From contig CAWGIE010000045.1 of the NCBI GenBank assembly GCA_963822585.1, forward strand, positions 1,791 to 65,790: a stretch of 64,000 nt of DNA. The letters are read 5' to 3'. The stretch comes from an uncultured bacterium. GTDB lineage: Bacteria; Auribacterota; Erginobacteria; Erginobacterales; Erginobacteraceae. Positions 7,895 through 17,294 of the stretch are shown here, one piece after another. The position numbers and the translations under genes were made by a program. The stretch's first letter is position 1. Every line of letters begins with the position of its first letter. Under the pieces are notes generated by a model. The model had not been told where the DNA came from and made no database searches. It worked only from the letters and a program-made list of their open reading frames with translations.

Positions 7895-9571
7895 ATGAAG
7901 ACAGACCGATACAACATCGTCGGGGCGATATTCGCCGCCTGCGCCGGAACGGTGCTCTTCGCGGGTGTACCGCCCGCACCGGCCTGGAACTGGACCATGG
8001 ATTATCAGGCCGCCGACGTTCTCTGGGCGACGGCCGCCTCTGATCCCCTTCATGCCTGGGCGGGGGGGAATTCCGGTCTAATCTATGCCTACGAGAATGA
8101 ATCCTGGAGTCTCCAGACCAGGATCGTGGGTCGAACGATCCGCTCGCTCTATGCTGTTGACGAAAACCACGTCTGGGCGGGGACGGACAGCGGGAATATC
8201 TTCTTCTTCAACGGTGTTGTCTGGTCGTTTCAGACCCGGCTCAGCGGAGGGGTCGGATCGATAAACAGCCTCGCCGGCACCGGCTCGGTCAATGTCTGGG
8301 CCGCTTCCGCCGCTCATAAAATCTACTATTACAACGGCTCCTTCTGGTCATTGAGCACGGATGTGAACATCAACGACCTTTATGCCGTCTCCGCTCTCGA
8401 CACGGCGCATGTCTGGGTCGGGGGACAGGACGGGATGGTTTATTTCTTCGATGGCGCCGGATGGACGGTGCAGACCGATCTCGGCACCGCCAGCGTTTAT
8501 GAAATCCTTTCCTTCCCTGACGATCTTGTTCTGGCGGTAACCGGCGGGGGCCCGGGTGCCGTTTTCATGAGCCGCGACGGCGGCGCCGCTTGGTACCGCG
8601 ATGTCGGCTCGGCGTACTCGATCAACACCGCGGCGGCGGTCGCCTCCTCCAAAATATGGCTTGGCCTTTCCAACGGTAAGATTTTCGGTCTCGACGGCCA
8701 GGCTCTCTGGGCAGAGGAGACCGATGTGAAACAATACATCAATGACATTGATAACCTGGGCCGGACCGGGGCCCTGATGGTCGATTACTGGGGAAGAATT
8801 TTCCGGGCCGACCCGAATACGATGCCGGAATTGAACGTCTCTTCCGGGGATTTCGACGGGAACGGTGTCTCCGATTTCGCCCTCTTCCGGCCTGTCCCCG
8901 GGCTCTGGGCGGTTCGGGGGGTGACCCGGGCCTACTTCGGACAATACGGCGACACCCCCGTCCCCGGAGACTATGACGGCGCCGGCCGGGCCCAGATCGC
9001 GGTATTTCGCGACGCCGCCGGTCTCTGGGCCGTCCGGGGCGGCGGCCGGGTCTATTTCGGGAGAGAATTCGATAACCCGGTGCCGGGCGACTACGACGGG
9101 GACGGGACCGCCGAACCGGCGATCTTCCGCGCCTCTCCAGGACTGTGGTCGGTGAAAGGAGTGAGCCGCCTCTACTTCGGGACCTGGGGCGACATCCCCG
9201 TCCCCGCCGACTATAACGGCGACGGCGTCGCCGCCCCGGCTATTTTCCGCCGCTCATCCGGTCTCTGGGCGGTGAGGGGGATCACCCGGCGCTATTTCGG
9301 CTCCGCGGCCGACGTGCCCCTCCCGGCCGATTACGACGGTGACGGCACCGCCGAAATCGGGATCTTCCGCCCCCGGTCCGGCATGTGGGCGGTGGCCGGC
9401 CTGACCCGGTTTTACCATGGCCGGAGAGGGGACTTCGCCGTCAACGGGAATTTTTCCGGCCCCGGTCCCGCCGGCGCCGGGATCTTCCGCCCCGCGACCG
9501 GCCTCTGGTCGATCCGGAGCGGCCCCCGGGTCTACTTCGGCTCCCGTTCCGACGTCCCCGTCACCCGGTAG
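7895..9571 (+). CDS. Secreted protein with an N-terminal beta-propeller-like region and C-terminal FG-GAP/VCBS-like repeats
   Basis: RBS GGAGG; signal peptide; repeated VWAG...G.I...G..WS.QT blades; about six GDYDGDG.A..AIFR...GLW.VRG..R.YFG repeats. Confidence 0.85.
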   Translation: MKTDRYNIVGAIFAACAGTVLFAGVPPAPAWNWTMDYQAADVLWATAASDPLHAWAGGNSGLIYAYENESWSLQTRIVGRTIRSLYAVDENHVWAGTDSGNIFFFNGVVWSFQTRLSGGVGSINSLAGTGSVNVWAASAAHKIYYYNGSFWSLSTDVNINDLYAVSALDTAHVWVGGQDGMVYFFDGAGWTVQTDLGTASVYEILSFPDDLVLAVTGGGPGAVFMSRDGGAAWYRDVGSAYSINTAAAVASSKIWLGLSNGKIFGLDGQALWAEETDVKQYINDIDNLGRTGALMVDYWGRIFRADPNTMPELNVSSGDFDGNGVSDFALFRPVPGLWAVRGVTRAYFGQYGDTPVPGDYDGAGRAQIAVFRDAAGLWAVRGGGRVYFGREFDNPVPGDYDGDGTAEPAIFRASPGLWSVKGVSRLYFGTWGDIPVPADYNGDGVAAPAIFRRSSGLWAVRGITRRYFGSAADVPLPADYDGDGTAEIGIFRPRSGMWAVAGLTRFYHGRRGDFAVNGNFSGPGPAGAGIFRPATGLWSIRSGPRVYFGSRSDVPVTR

Positions 9572-9725
9572 TCGTCGGCGGTTCCCCCAGAGGTTTGATC
9601 GGCCGGTTACCGTCCTTTCGTACTGTATTTTGGTGTTGGATGTTGCCATCCCCAGAACGGTATGGTAGGATCATTTCCCTGTAATTTTTCGGACCCCGCT
9701 TGCTCGGGGTGGAGAAAAAAATATC

Positions 9726-11087
9726 ATGAAAACTGCTTTTTTCTGCCAGGAGTGCGGGTACAAGTCGTTGAAGTGGCTGGGGAAATGCCCCGGCTGCGGG
9801 GGCTGGAACACCCTGGTCGAAGAGCAGGTCGAGGCCGAGCAGAAAGGGACCCGTTCCCACCCCCGCTGGGAGAGGCAGAAGCCGGTCCCGATCAGCGAGA
9901 TCAAGCCCCGGGCCGATATCCGGACCCGGACCGGGATCAAGGAGCTTGACCGGATACTGGGCGGGGGGGTCGTGGCCGGCTCACTGGTCCTGGTCGGCGG
10001 CGAGCCGGGGATCGGCAAGTCGACGATCCTCCTCCAGGCCAGCAACGCGCTTTCCGCCGCCGAGAAGACGGTCCTTTACGTGAGCGGGGAAGAGTCGGTC
10101 GAACAGTCGAAGCTCCGGGCCGAACGCTTGGGCGCCTCCTCGCCGGGGCTCTACCTGGTCTCCGAGACCAACCTCGACCTGATCCAGGAATACATCAGGG
10201 AAGTCCAACCTTCTCTGGTCGTGATCGATTCCATCCAAACCGTCTTCCACCCGGAGGTAACCTCGGCCCCGGGGAGCATCTCCCAGGTCCGGGAGTGCGC
10301 CGCCCGCCTCCTGGTCACGGCCAAGTCGGAGGGGTTCGCCATCTTCCTGGTCGGCCACGTGACCAAAACGGGGGAGATCGCCGGTCCCCGGGTGCTCGAG
10401 CACATGGTGGACACCGTCCTTTACTTCGAGGGCGACCGGCATCACGCCTACCGGATCCTGCGGGCGGTCAAAAACCGCTTCGGCTCCACCGACGAGATCG
10501 GGATTTTCCAGATGTCGGAGCGGGGGCTGCAGGAGGTGAAGAACCCCTCCGAGATCTTCCTCTCCCAGAGGGAGCCGGGGCTGACCGGTTCGGTGGTCGT
10601 CCCCTGTCTGGAAGGGAAGCGGCCGATCCTGGTCGAGATCCAGGCCCTGACCGCCTGCACCGGCCTTGCCATCCCCCGCCGGCGGGCGACCGGGCTGGAC
10701 GTGAACCGGGTCTTGATCCTGATGGCGGTCCTGGAGCGGCGGGCGGGCCTCCGTCTTCAGGACAAGGACGTCTTCGTCAACGTGGTGGGGGGGGTGAAGA
10801 TTTCCGAGCCGGCGGCCGACCTGGGGGTAGTGGCGGCGGTAGCCTCCAACGTGAAGAACGCCCCCATCCCGGCGGAGACGGTGATCATGGGCGAGGTCGG
10901 GCTGGGGGGAGAGGTTCGGGCCGTCCGGCAGATCGAGCAGCGGTTGAAGGAAGCGGCCAAACTCGGCTTCCGGCGGGCGATCATCCCCGCCGCCGGGGCG
11001 GACGAGATCAAGAAGATCAAGGGCTTGGAGATCGTCCCCGTCCGGAAGATCCGGGAAGCATTGAATGCCGCATTGCAAAAACAGTAA
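9726..11087 (+). CDS. radA: DNA repair protein RadA/Sms
   Basis: CQECG...WLGKCPGC zinc finger, GEPGIGKST, KNRFG, Lon-like C-terminus. Confidence 0.98.
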   Translation: MKTAFFCQECGYKSLKWLGKCPGCGGWNTLVEEQVEAEQKGTRSHPRWERQKPVPISEIKPRADIRTRTGIKELDRILGGGVVAGSLVLVGGEPGIGKSTILLQASNALSAAEKTVLYVSGEESVEQSKLRAERLGASSPGLYLVSETNLDLIQEYIREVQPSLVVIDSIQTVFHPEVTSAPGSISQVRECAARLLVTAKSEGFAIFLVGHVTKTGEIAGPRVLEHMVDTVLYFEGDRHHAYRILRAVKNRFGSTDEIGIFQMSERGLQEVKNPSEIFLSQREPGLTGSVVVPCLEGKRPILVEIQALTACTGLAIPRRRATGLDVNRVLILMAVLERRAGLRLQDKDVFVNVVGGVKISEPAADLGVVAAVASNVKNAPIPAETVIMGEVGLGGEVRAVRQIEQRLKEAAKLGFRRAIIPAAGADEIKKIKGLEIVPVRKIREALNAALQKQ

Positions 11088-11176
11088 TCGGTAATCAGTA
11101 ATCGGTAATCAGTCCGTTGCTGGCCAAGATCACTGATCACCGATTACCGATCACTGATTACTGATCGCCGATCACC
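11082..11176. repeat. Fold-back repeat family D (CAGTAAT/GATTACT 7-mers); second copy at 12729-12845
   Basis: CAGTAATCGGTAATCAGTAATCGGTAATCAGT ... GATCACTGATCACCGATTACCGATCACTGATTACTG. Confidence 0.85.
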
Positions 11177-11217
11177 AACAGTAATTCGCATATCGTTTTT
11201 TCGTTTAAGTGAGCATC

Positions 11218-11922
11218 ATGAAAACCGGGGTCGTAATCGTCGCGGCGGGGGACGGGAAGAGGATGCCGGGGAAGGAAAAGCTCCTCCATCCCCTCCACGG
11301 CGTTCCTCTTCTGGCGATGACGCTTGCCGCCTACCAGGGACACCCGGGGATTGACGCCATCGTTCTGGTGGCCGGCGCCCGGGTTCGCGACCGGTTCGAG
11401 GAAGATATCCGGGACCGCTACGGGATCTCCAAAGTCGTCGCCGTGGCGGCGGGGGGTCCCCTGCGCCAGGACTCGGTTTATAACGGGCTGCGGGCCTTCC
11501 CGGCGCCGCCTGACGTGGTCCTCATTCATGACGGGGACCGCCCGTTCATCGAGGCCGCGGTTGTCACCGCCGTTCGGGAGGGCGCCGCCGCCGGCGGGGC
11601 GATCTCCGCCGTCCCGGCCAAGGATACGGTAAAAAGAGTGGACGGGGAGGGGGTAATCATCGATACTCCGGCCCGGGAAGGGCTCTGGCTGGCCCAGACA
11701 CCGCAGGGGTTTCCCTACCAAACCATCCTGGAGGCTCATGAGGCCGCCCGGAAAAAAGGCTGGGCCGCCACCGACGACTCCTCGCTGGTCGAACGGCGGG
11801 GTGGCCGGGTCCGGGTAGTGAGAGGGAGCTACGATAATATCAAGATAACGACCCCCGAAGATCTCGCCCAGGCGGAGGTGATCATGAAAAGCAGGATGGT
11901 GCGCAACGGCGAGATGGAATAA
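11218..11922 (+). CDS. ispD: 2-C-methyl-D-erythritol 4-phosphate cytidylyltransferase
   Basis: VAAGDGKRM, RQDSVYNGL, LIHDGDRP, AQTPQGF, TDDSSLVE, NIKITTPEDL. Confidence 0.96.
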   Translation: MKTGVVIVAAGDGKRMPGKEKLLHPLHGVPLLAMTLAAYQGHPGIDAIVLVAGARVRDRFEEDIRDRYGISKVVAVAAGGPLRQDSVYNGLRAFPAPPDVVLIHDGDRPFIEAAVVTAVREGAAAGGAISAVPAKDTVKRVDGEGVIIDTPAREGLWLAQTPQGFPYQTILEAHEAARKKGWAATDDSSLVERRGGRVRVVRGSYDNIKITTPEDLAQAEVIMKSRMVRNGEME

Positions 11923-11990
11923 GACAGTTATTCCCGGTCTGCATCAGGGGGGTTATTAAATACGGGATTTTAAAAAGAGAAATCCGGCAG

Positions 11991-12198
11991 TGTAGGATCG
12001 TCCTTTCGCTTTCGCGACAGGACTTGTAGGATCAGAATGCCTGCGGCATTCTTTGTAGTAATTGCAGGATCGCTTCGCTTGCAGTTCAGCAAGCCTTGCC
12101 TCCGGCAAGGCGATACTACATTTCCTACATCTCCTACAAGTCCTTCACGGAGTGAAGGACGATCCTGCATAAATTCGCGAACGAAGTGAGCTAATTTA
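11991..12198 (+). repeat. ~210-bp branched palindromic element, copy 1 (MITE/REPIN-like)
   Basis: Terminal inverted repeat TGTAGGATCGTCCTT...AAGGACGATCCTGCA, nested internal stems, 3' TAAATT...AATTTA hairpin. Confidence 0.9.
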
Positions 12199-12199
12199 T

Positions 12200-12682
12200 A
12201 TGAGAGTCGGGTTCGGATACGATATTCACCGGCTGGTCGAGGGCCGGCGGCTGATCCTGGGGGGCGTGGAGATCCCGCATGATCGCGGGCTGCTCGGGCA
12301 CTCGGACGCCGATACTCTGACCCATGCCGTCATCGACGCCCTCCTCGGCGCCGCCGGGCTGGGCGATATCGGGCGGCATTTCCCCGACACCGACGAGCGG
12401 TACCGGGGAATAGCGAGCCTGGAGCTGCTGGAGGAGACGGCGGCGAAGGTCCGCGCGGCCGGTTTCGAAATCGGGAACATCGACGTCACGGTTGTTCTCC
12501 AGGAACCGAAACTGGCCCCCCTGGCCGGGAAAATGAGGAACATCCTGGCCGGGACCCTGGGGGCCGAACCGTCCCGGATCAATATCAAGGCGGCCACCAA
12601 CGAGGGGCTGGACGCGGTCGGGAGGGGAGAGGCGATCGCCGCCTGGGCGGTGGCGTGTGTGATTGAAAAGCAGGGCGCCTGA
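12200..12682 (+). CDS. ispF: 2-C-methyl-D-erythritol 2,4-cyclodiphosphate synthase
   Basis: [37 protein letters not shown]. Confidence 0.97.
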   Translation: MRVGFGYDIHRLVEGRRLILGGVEIPHDRGLLGHSDADTLTHAVIDALLGAAGLGDIGRHFPDTDERYRGIASLELLEETAAKVRAAGFEIGNIDVTVVLQEPKLAPLAGKMRNILAGTLGAEPSRINIKAATNEGLDAVGRGEAIAAWAVACVIEKQGA

Positions 12683-12857
12683 AAGAGCTTCCGTTGCCGG
12701 AAGTTCAGACCTGTTATGTATATAGATGAGTAATCAGTGATCGGTTATCAGTAACCAGTCGGCCCACCCGGATCTCTCCTGGAAAGCCCGCTCACCGATT
12801 ACTGATTACTGATCACTGATCACTGATTACTGATTACTGATTACCAGGACCCTAGTA

Positions 12858-14351
12858 ATGACCGAACTACATGTGTACAACACGCAACATCGGCAAAAAG
12901 AACTCTTTCAGCCACTGGAGCCGGGCCACGTGCGGATGTACGTCTGCGGCGTCACCGTGTATGATTTCTGCCATCTTGGTCACGCCCGCTGCTACGTCGC
13001 TTTCGATATCATCTACCGCTATCTTCAATACCTCGGCTATCAGGTCACCTATGTCCAGAATATCACCGACCTCGACGACAAGCTGATCAAGCGGGCGCGG
13101 GACAACGGCGGGGAAGGGGACGTGAAGGAACGGGTGGCAGACCTGGCCCGGACGTTCACCGCCGCCTATTTCGAGGACATGGAACGGTTGAACGTTCTGC
13201 GGGCGGATTCCTATCCGACGGCTACCGGGCACATCGGGGAGATGCAGGAGATCGTCTCCGGCCTGATCGAGAAGGGATATGCCTACCAGCGGGGAGGGGA
13301 CGTTTATTTCGAGGTCGCCGCCTTCCCGGACTACGGCGCCCTCTCCGGTAAGAAGACCGACGAACTCCAGGCCGGTGCCCGGGTCAAGGTGGACGAAAAG
13401 AAGAAGAGCCCGCTCGATTTCGCCCTCTGGAAGGGCGCCGCGCCGGGGGAACCGTCCTGGTCCAGTCCCTGGGGAGAGGGTCGGCCGGGGTGGCATATCG
13501 AGTGCAGCGCCATGAGCATGAAGCTGCTGGGGCCGACCTTCGACATCCACGGGGGTGGCCAGGACCTGGTTTTCCCCCACCACGAGAACGAACGGGCCCA
13601 GTCGGAGGCGTTCTCGGGAGAGCCCTTCGCCCGCTACTGGCTTCACAACGGCTTCGTCACCATTAACCAGGAGAAGATGTCAAAGTCGCTGGGAAATGTC
13701 TTCAACCTACGGGATATCTTCCGGGCCTATTCCCCCCGGGTGGTGCGGTTTTTCCTCCTCAGCCAGCATTACCGCAGTCCCGTCGACTACAGCGAAGACG
13801 CCCTGAAGGAAGCCGGACGCGCCCTCTTCCGGCTTGATCATTGCTATGGGATGGCCCTGAAGGAGATGGGTGATTTTTCTTCTGTTTCGCCGGATGAAGA
13901 CGCGATGGGTAAGTTCGAGGAGGCGATGAACGACGATTTTAATACCGCGGCGGCCCTGGCGATAGCCTTTACATTGGCGGAAGAATGGTACCGTGATTAT
14001 CGCAAACCGAAATTAATGGAAGGACTCAAGCCGAAAATGGCGGCTTTGAAGAATATCTGCTCCATTTTAGGGATTGAATTGTATGATCCCATTAATGACC
14101 TGTTGAAAGATGCCGAACCGATAGATAGTGCGGATTATATTTCCCTGGCTGACCGAATCATTTTTGGGAACCGACTGACGGAAGGGAATCTTACCATTCT
14201 GCTTGGTTGCCGAGAGACGGCCCGAAAAAACAAGGACTGGCACTGGGCCGATCGGATCAGGGATTATCTGAAAAAAAGAGATATAACGGTAGCGGACAAA
14301 CCCGGTCAACCGTCATCCGCGGTTTATTATCCCGAACAACTTGATGATTAG
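12858..14351 (+). CDS. cysS: Cysteine--tRNA ligase
   Basis: MYVCGVTVYD..HLGH, DFALWK, GRPGWHIECS, DIHGGG.DL.FPHHENE, KMSKS. Confidence 0.98.
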   Translation: MTELHVYNTQHRQKELFQPLEPGHVRMYVCGVTVYDFCHLGHARCYVAFDIIYRYLQYLGYQVTYVQNITDLDDKLIKRARDNGGEGDVKERVADLARTFTAAYFEDMERLNVLRADSYPTATGHIGEMQEIVSGLIEKGYAYQRGGDVYFEVAAFPDYGALSGKKTDELQAGARVKVDEKKKSPLDFALWKGAAPGEPSWSSPWGEGRPGWHIECSAMSMKLLGPTFDIHGGGQDLVFPHHENERAQSEAFSGEPFARYWLHNGFVTINQEKMSKSLGNVFNLRDIFRAYSPRVVRFFLLSQHYRSPVDYSEDALKEAGRALFRLDHCYGMALKEMGDFSSVSPDEDAMGKFEEAMNDDFNTAAALAIAFTLAEEWYRDYRKPKLMEGLKPKMAALKNICSILGIELYDPINDLLKDAEPIDSADYISLADRIIFGNRLTEGNLTILLGCRETARKNKDWHWADRIRDYLKKRDITVADKPGQPSSAVYYPEQLDD

Positions 14352-14409
14352 TGGACCACGTTTAGATGATAAGGAAGAAGGTTACTGGATTCAGAATGCT
14401 TCATTTTCC

Positions 14410-14435
14410 CTTCGTGATCTTCGTGTCCTTCGTGG
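14410..14435. repeat. Repeat family B (ACCACGAAG-type 9-mers and reverse complement); others at ~4731-4758, 27800-28041, 28890-28917, 35906-35931, 49733-49816, 55455-55552
   Basis: CTTCGTGATCTTCGTGTCCTTCGTGGT, and ACCACGAAGGACACGAAGTTCACGAAG on the other arm. Confidence 0.85.
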
Positions 14436-14480
14436 TTTTTTATACAGCAGAGTGACAAGAAATCAAGGAGATGTAAAATT

Positions 14481-15131
14481 ATGAAAGGGACATTCATTAC
14501 CTTTGAGGGAGGGGAAGGGAGCGGGAAGAGCACCCAGGCCCGGCTCCTGGCCGGTTATCTGAAACAGGCCGGCTATGATGTGGTGGCGACCCGGGAACCG
14601 GGGGGAACCGGGATCGGGGACGCCATCCGGGGGATTCTCCTCGACCCGGAACTGACGGAGATGGGGAACGTCACCGAACTTCTCCTCCTGGCGGCCAGCC
14701 GGGCCCAGAACGTCTGTGAGAGGGTCAAGCCGGCGCTGGAAAGGGGAGCGGTGGTGATCTGCGACCGCTTTATCGACAGCACCCTCGCCTACCAGGGCTA
14801 CGGGCGCAAATTCGATCTCAAGCTGCTCGCCGCCCTCAACCGTCTGGCGACCGGGGGGGTGACGCCGGACCTGACCATCCTCCTCGACCTCCCGGTGGAG
14901 GTCGGACTGGGGCGGGCCAAGGCCCTCGACAAGGGGGAAGCGAAAGACGGGAAGGGAGACCGGATCGAGCAGGAAGACATCGAGTTCCACCGGAGACTGC
15001 GCCAGGGATTTCTGGAGTTAGCGGAGAAGGAGCCGGCCCGTTTCCGGCTGATACCGGTAAAAGAGGATATCGAAGCCACCCAGCGCCAAGTCAACGCGCT
15101 CGTGGAAGAGTTCCTGAAAAGCAGGAAGTAA
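14481..15131 (+). CDS. tmk: Thymidylate kinase
   Basis: FITFEGGEGSGKSTQ, TREPGGT, CDRFIDSTLAYQG, PDLT..LD. Confidence 0.97.
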   Translation: MKGTFITFEGGEGSGKSTQARLLAGYLKQAGYDVVATREPGGTGIGDAIRGILLDPELTEMGNVTELLLLAASRAQNVCERVKPALERGAVVICDRFIDSTLAYQGYGRKFDLKLLAALNRLATGGVTPDLTILLDLPVEVGLGRAKALDKGEAKDGKGDRIEQEDIEFHRRLRQGFLELAEKEPARFRLIPVKEDIEATQRQVNALVEEFLKSRK

Positions 15132-15164
15132 AGTCTTATTTTTTCTTCGAAAAAATAAGATTGT

Positions 15165-15274
15165 GCAAGCCTTGCCGCAGGCAAGGCGATCCTACATTTA
15201 CTACATCTACTACAAGTCCTGAACGGAGTGAAGGACGATCCTACATAAATTCGCGAGCGCAGCGAACTAATTTA
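15165..15274 (+). repeat. ~210-bp element, copy 2 (3' half only)
   Basis: GCAAGCCTTGCC-GCA-GGCAAGGCGATCCTACA...GGAGTGAAGGACGATCCTACATAAATT...CTAATTTA. Confidence 0.9.
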
Positions 15275-15276
15275 TA

Positions 15277-16410
15277 ATGCTCTGGGACACCATACAAGGC
15301 CAGGAGGGGGCGGTGACCTATCTCCGCCAGGCGGTCAGGAAAGGGCGGGTGGTCAATGCCTACCTCTTCCAGGGGCCGGAGGGGGTAGGCAAAAAGTTGA
15401 CCGCCACCGTCTTCGCCCGGGCCCTCAACTGCCGGATGAAACCGGGGGAAGGATGCGGATCCTGCCTCGACTGCCGGGAGATCGCGGGTGGCTCTCATCC
15501 TGACGTGCACTGCGTCTCCCCGGAGAGCAAGGGCCGCTGGATTGTGATCGATCAAATCCGCGGCATGCAGCGGCTGGTCTATCTTAAGACCCAGAGAGAC
15601 AACTGGAAGGTGTTCATCATCGACGACGCGGACCGGATGAACACGAATACCCAGAATGCTTTTCTGAAGACCCTGGAGGAACCGCCGGAACGGACCGTTC
15701 TGATCCTGGTTACCCGTCAGCCCGATTTTCTGCTCCCGACCATCCGGAGCCGCTGCCAGCGGGTTTCCTTTTCCCCCTGGACGTTCAGCATGATGAAGTT
15801 GTTTTTGGCCGAGCAGGCCGGCCTGTCGGAGGACGAGTGCTACGTACTCCACTGTATTTCCGGCGGCCGTCCCGGCCGGGCGTTGCGCCTTTCCCGGGGG
15901 GGGATCATGGAAACCCGGAAAGAAGTGATCGCGCCCCTGGCCAAAGAGGGATTCTCATCCGCCCGTGACCTGATCGACCGGGCGCGGACCTGGATGGATT
16001 ACCTGGGCCGACGCAGCCGGGCCCTCACCGACGAACTGGCGGCGGAGCGGGCCGAGTTGGCGGAAGCCCTGGAGCCGTCTCAGCGCAAGGCGCTGGAGGA
16101 ACGGGATAACGCCGCCGTCGCCGCCGGAGAGCGTGCGGAGCTGGAAATGATTTTTGAATTGATCTTCAGCTGGATCCGTGATTTGTTTGTGTATCGATCG
16201 GTCGGCACCGACGCCCCGCTCATCAACCGGGACCTGGCCCCTCTGCTCCCGTCCGCCGCCGGTCAGCGGGATGCCGCCCGGCTGCGGCAGATGATGGAAT
16301 GGGTGGAAAAAAGCCGCGGGTGGGCTCTGAAAGCGGGAGGAAAATCTTCCCGGCAGATGATTTTCGAGAACATGCTGATCCAGCTCGGATACTGGCAGCC
16401 CCGCGGATGA
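15277..16410 (+). CDS. holB: DNA polymerase III delta-prime subunit
   Basis: AYLFQGPEGVGK, C...CGSC..C, HPDV, IIDDADRM, NAFLKTLEEPP, TIRSRCQ; follows tmk. Confidence 0.93.
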   Translation: MLWDTIQGQEGAVTYLRQAVRKGRVVNAYLFQGPEGVGKKLTATVFARALNCRMKPGEGCGSCLDCREIAGGSHPDVHCVSPESKGRWIVIDQIRGMQRLVYLKTQRDNWKVFIIDDADRMNTNTQNAFLKTLEEPPERTVLILVTRQPDFLLPTIRSRCQRVSFSPWTFSMMKLFLAEQAGLSEDECYVLHCISGGRPGRALRLSRGGIMETRKEVIAPLAKEGFSSARDLIDRARTWMDYLGRRSRALTDELAAERAELAEALEPSQRKALEERDNAAVAAGERAELEMIFELIFSWIRDLFVYRSVGTDAPLINRDLAPLLPSAAGQRDAARLRQMMEWVEKSRGWALKAGGKSSRQMIFENMLIQLGYWQPRG

Positions 16411-16465
16411 ATGTCTCTACCCCCGAGCTATACAGGGGAATTAACGTGTCAAGGTAAACTGTATC

Positions 16466-17293
16466 ATGGATGAGCTGGTTCAGATTCGGAGACGGGAATA
16501 CGGCCGGGATCAGTACTATCAGAGGGGAGATCTTCCCCTCGAGGTGGGAATGTACTGCGTTCTGGAAGCCGAACGGGGGATCGACTACGGGAAAATCCTC
16601 TCCTTCCCCACCGCTGTCCGGGCGGAAGACCAGAAAAAGCTCCCCCGGAAAGTGATCCGGATCATGACCGAAGAGGACCACCGGCAGGTTGAGGAGAACC
16701 GGGCAAGCGCCATCCAGGCCTTCGCGGTCTGTCATGAAAAGGTGGGCGAGAAAGCGATCCCCATGAAACTGGTGGTGGCGGAATATTCGTTCGACCGCAG
16801 CCGCCTCCTTTTCTACTTCACGGCCGAAGGCCGGGTCGATTTTCGCGAGCTGGTCAAGGACCTGGCCGCGGTCTTCAAGACCCGGATCGAACTGAGGCAG
16901 ATCGGGGTCCGGGATGAGGCCAGGATCCGGGGCGGGATCGGCCCCTGCGGGATTCATCTCTGCTGTTCAGCCTTTATTCGGAGGTTCGATCCCGTCAATA
17001 TCCGGATGGCCAAGAACCAGCGCCAGCCCCTGGACCCCGAGAAGATCTCCGGGGTCTGCGGAAGACTTTTCTGTTGTCTCCGCTACGAGGATGAATTTTA
17101 CCGATGCGCCGGCCGGCGCTTCCCCAAAGACGGCGCCGTGGTCATCACTCCCCGCGGGGAAGGGAAGGTGATCGATCTCAACTACATTAAGGAGATCGTC
17201 CTGGTGGAGTTGGAAAACGACCTGAAACTGGAATTCCCCCTCACCGACATTAAAATCAAGGCCGGCGGCGAGGCCCCCTCCGAGCCCGAGTGA
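16466..17293 (+). CDS. PSP1 domain protein (YaaT/RicT-like)
   Basis: FYFTAEGRVDFRELVKDLA..FKTRIELRQIGVRDEA, GGIGPCG..LCC, KISGVCGRLFCCLRYE. Confidence 0.93.
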   Translation: MDELVQIRRREYGRDQYYQRGDLPLEVGMYCVLEAERGIDYGKILSFPTAVRAEDQKKLPRKVIRIMTEEDHRQVEENRASAIQAFAVCHEKVGEKAIPMKLVVAEYSFDRSRLLFYFTAEGRVDFRELVKDLAAVFKTRIELRQIGVRDEARIRGGIGPCGIHLCCSAFIRRFDPVNIRMAKNQRQPLDPEKISGVCGRLFCCLRYEDEFYRCAGRRFPKDGAVVITPRGEGKVIDLNYIKEIVLVELENDLKLEFPLTDIKIKAGGEAPSEPE

Positions 17294-17294
17294 G

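Noticed and set aside
11970-12170. Recurrent minus-strand [15 protein letters not shown]... (also near 42072, 50060 and 35476)
   Set aside because: It is a by-product of the ~210-bp repeat; the frame is broken in copies 3 and 5, and changes preserve base pairing rather than codons
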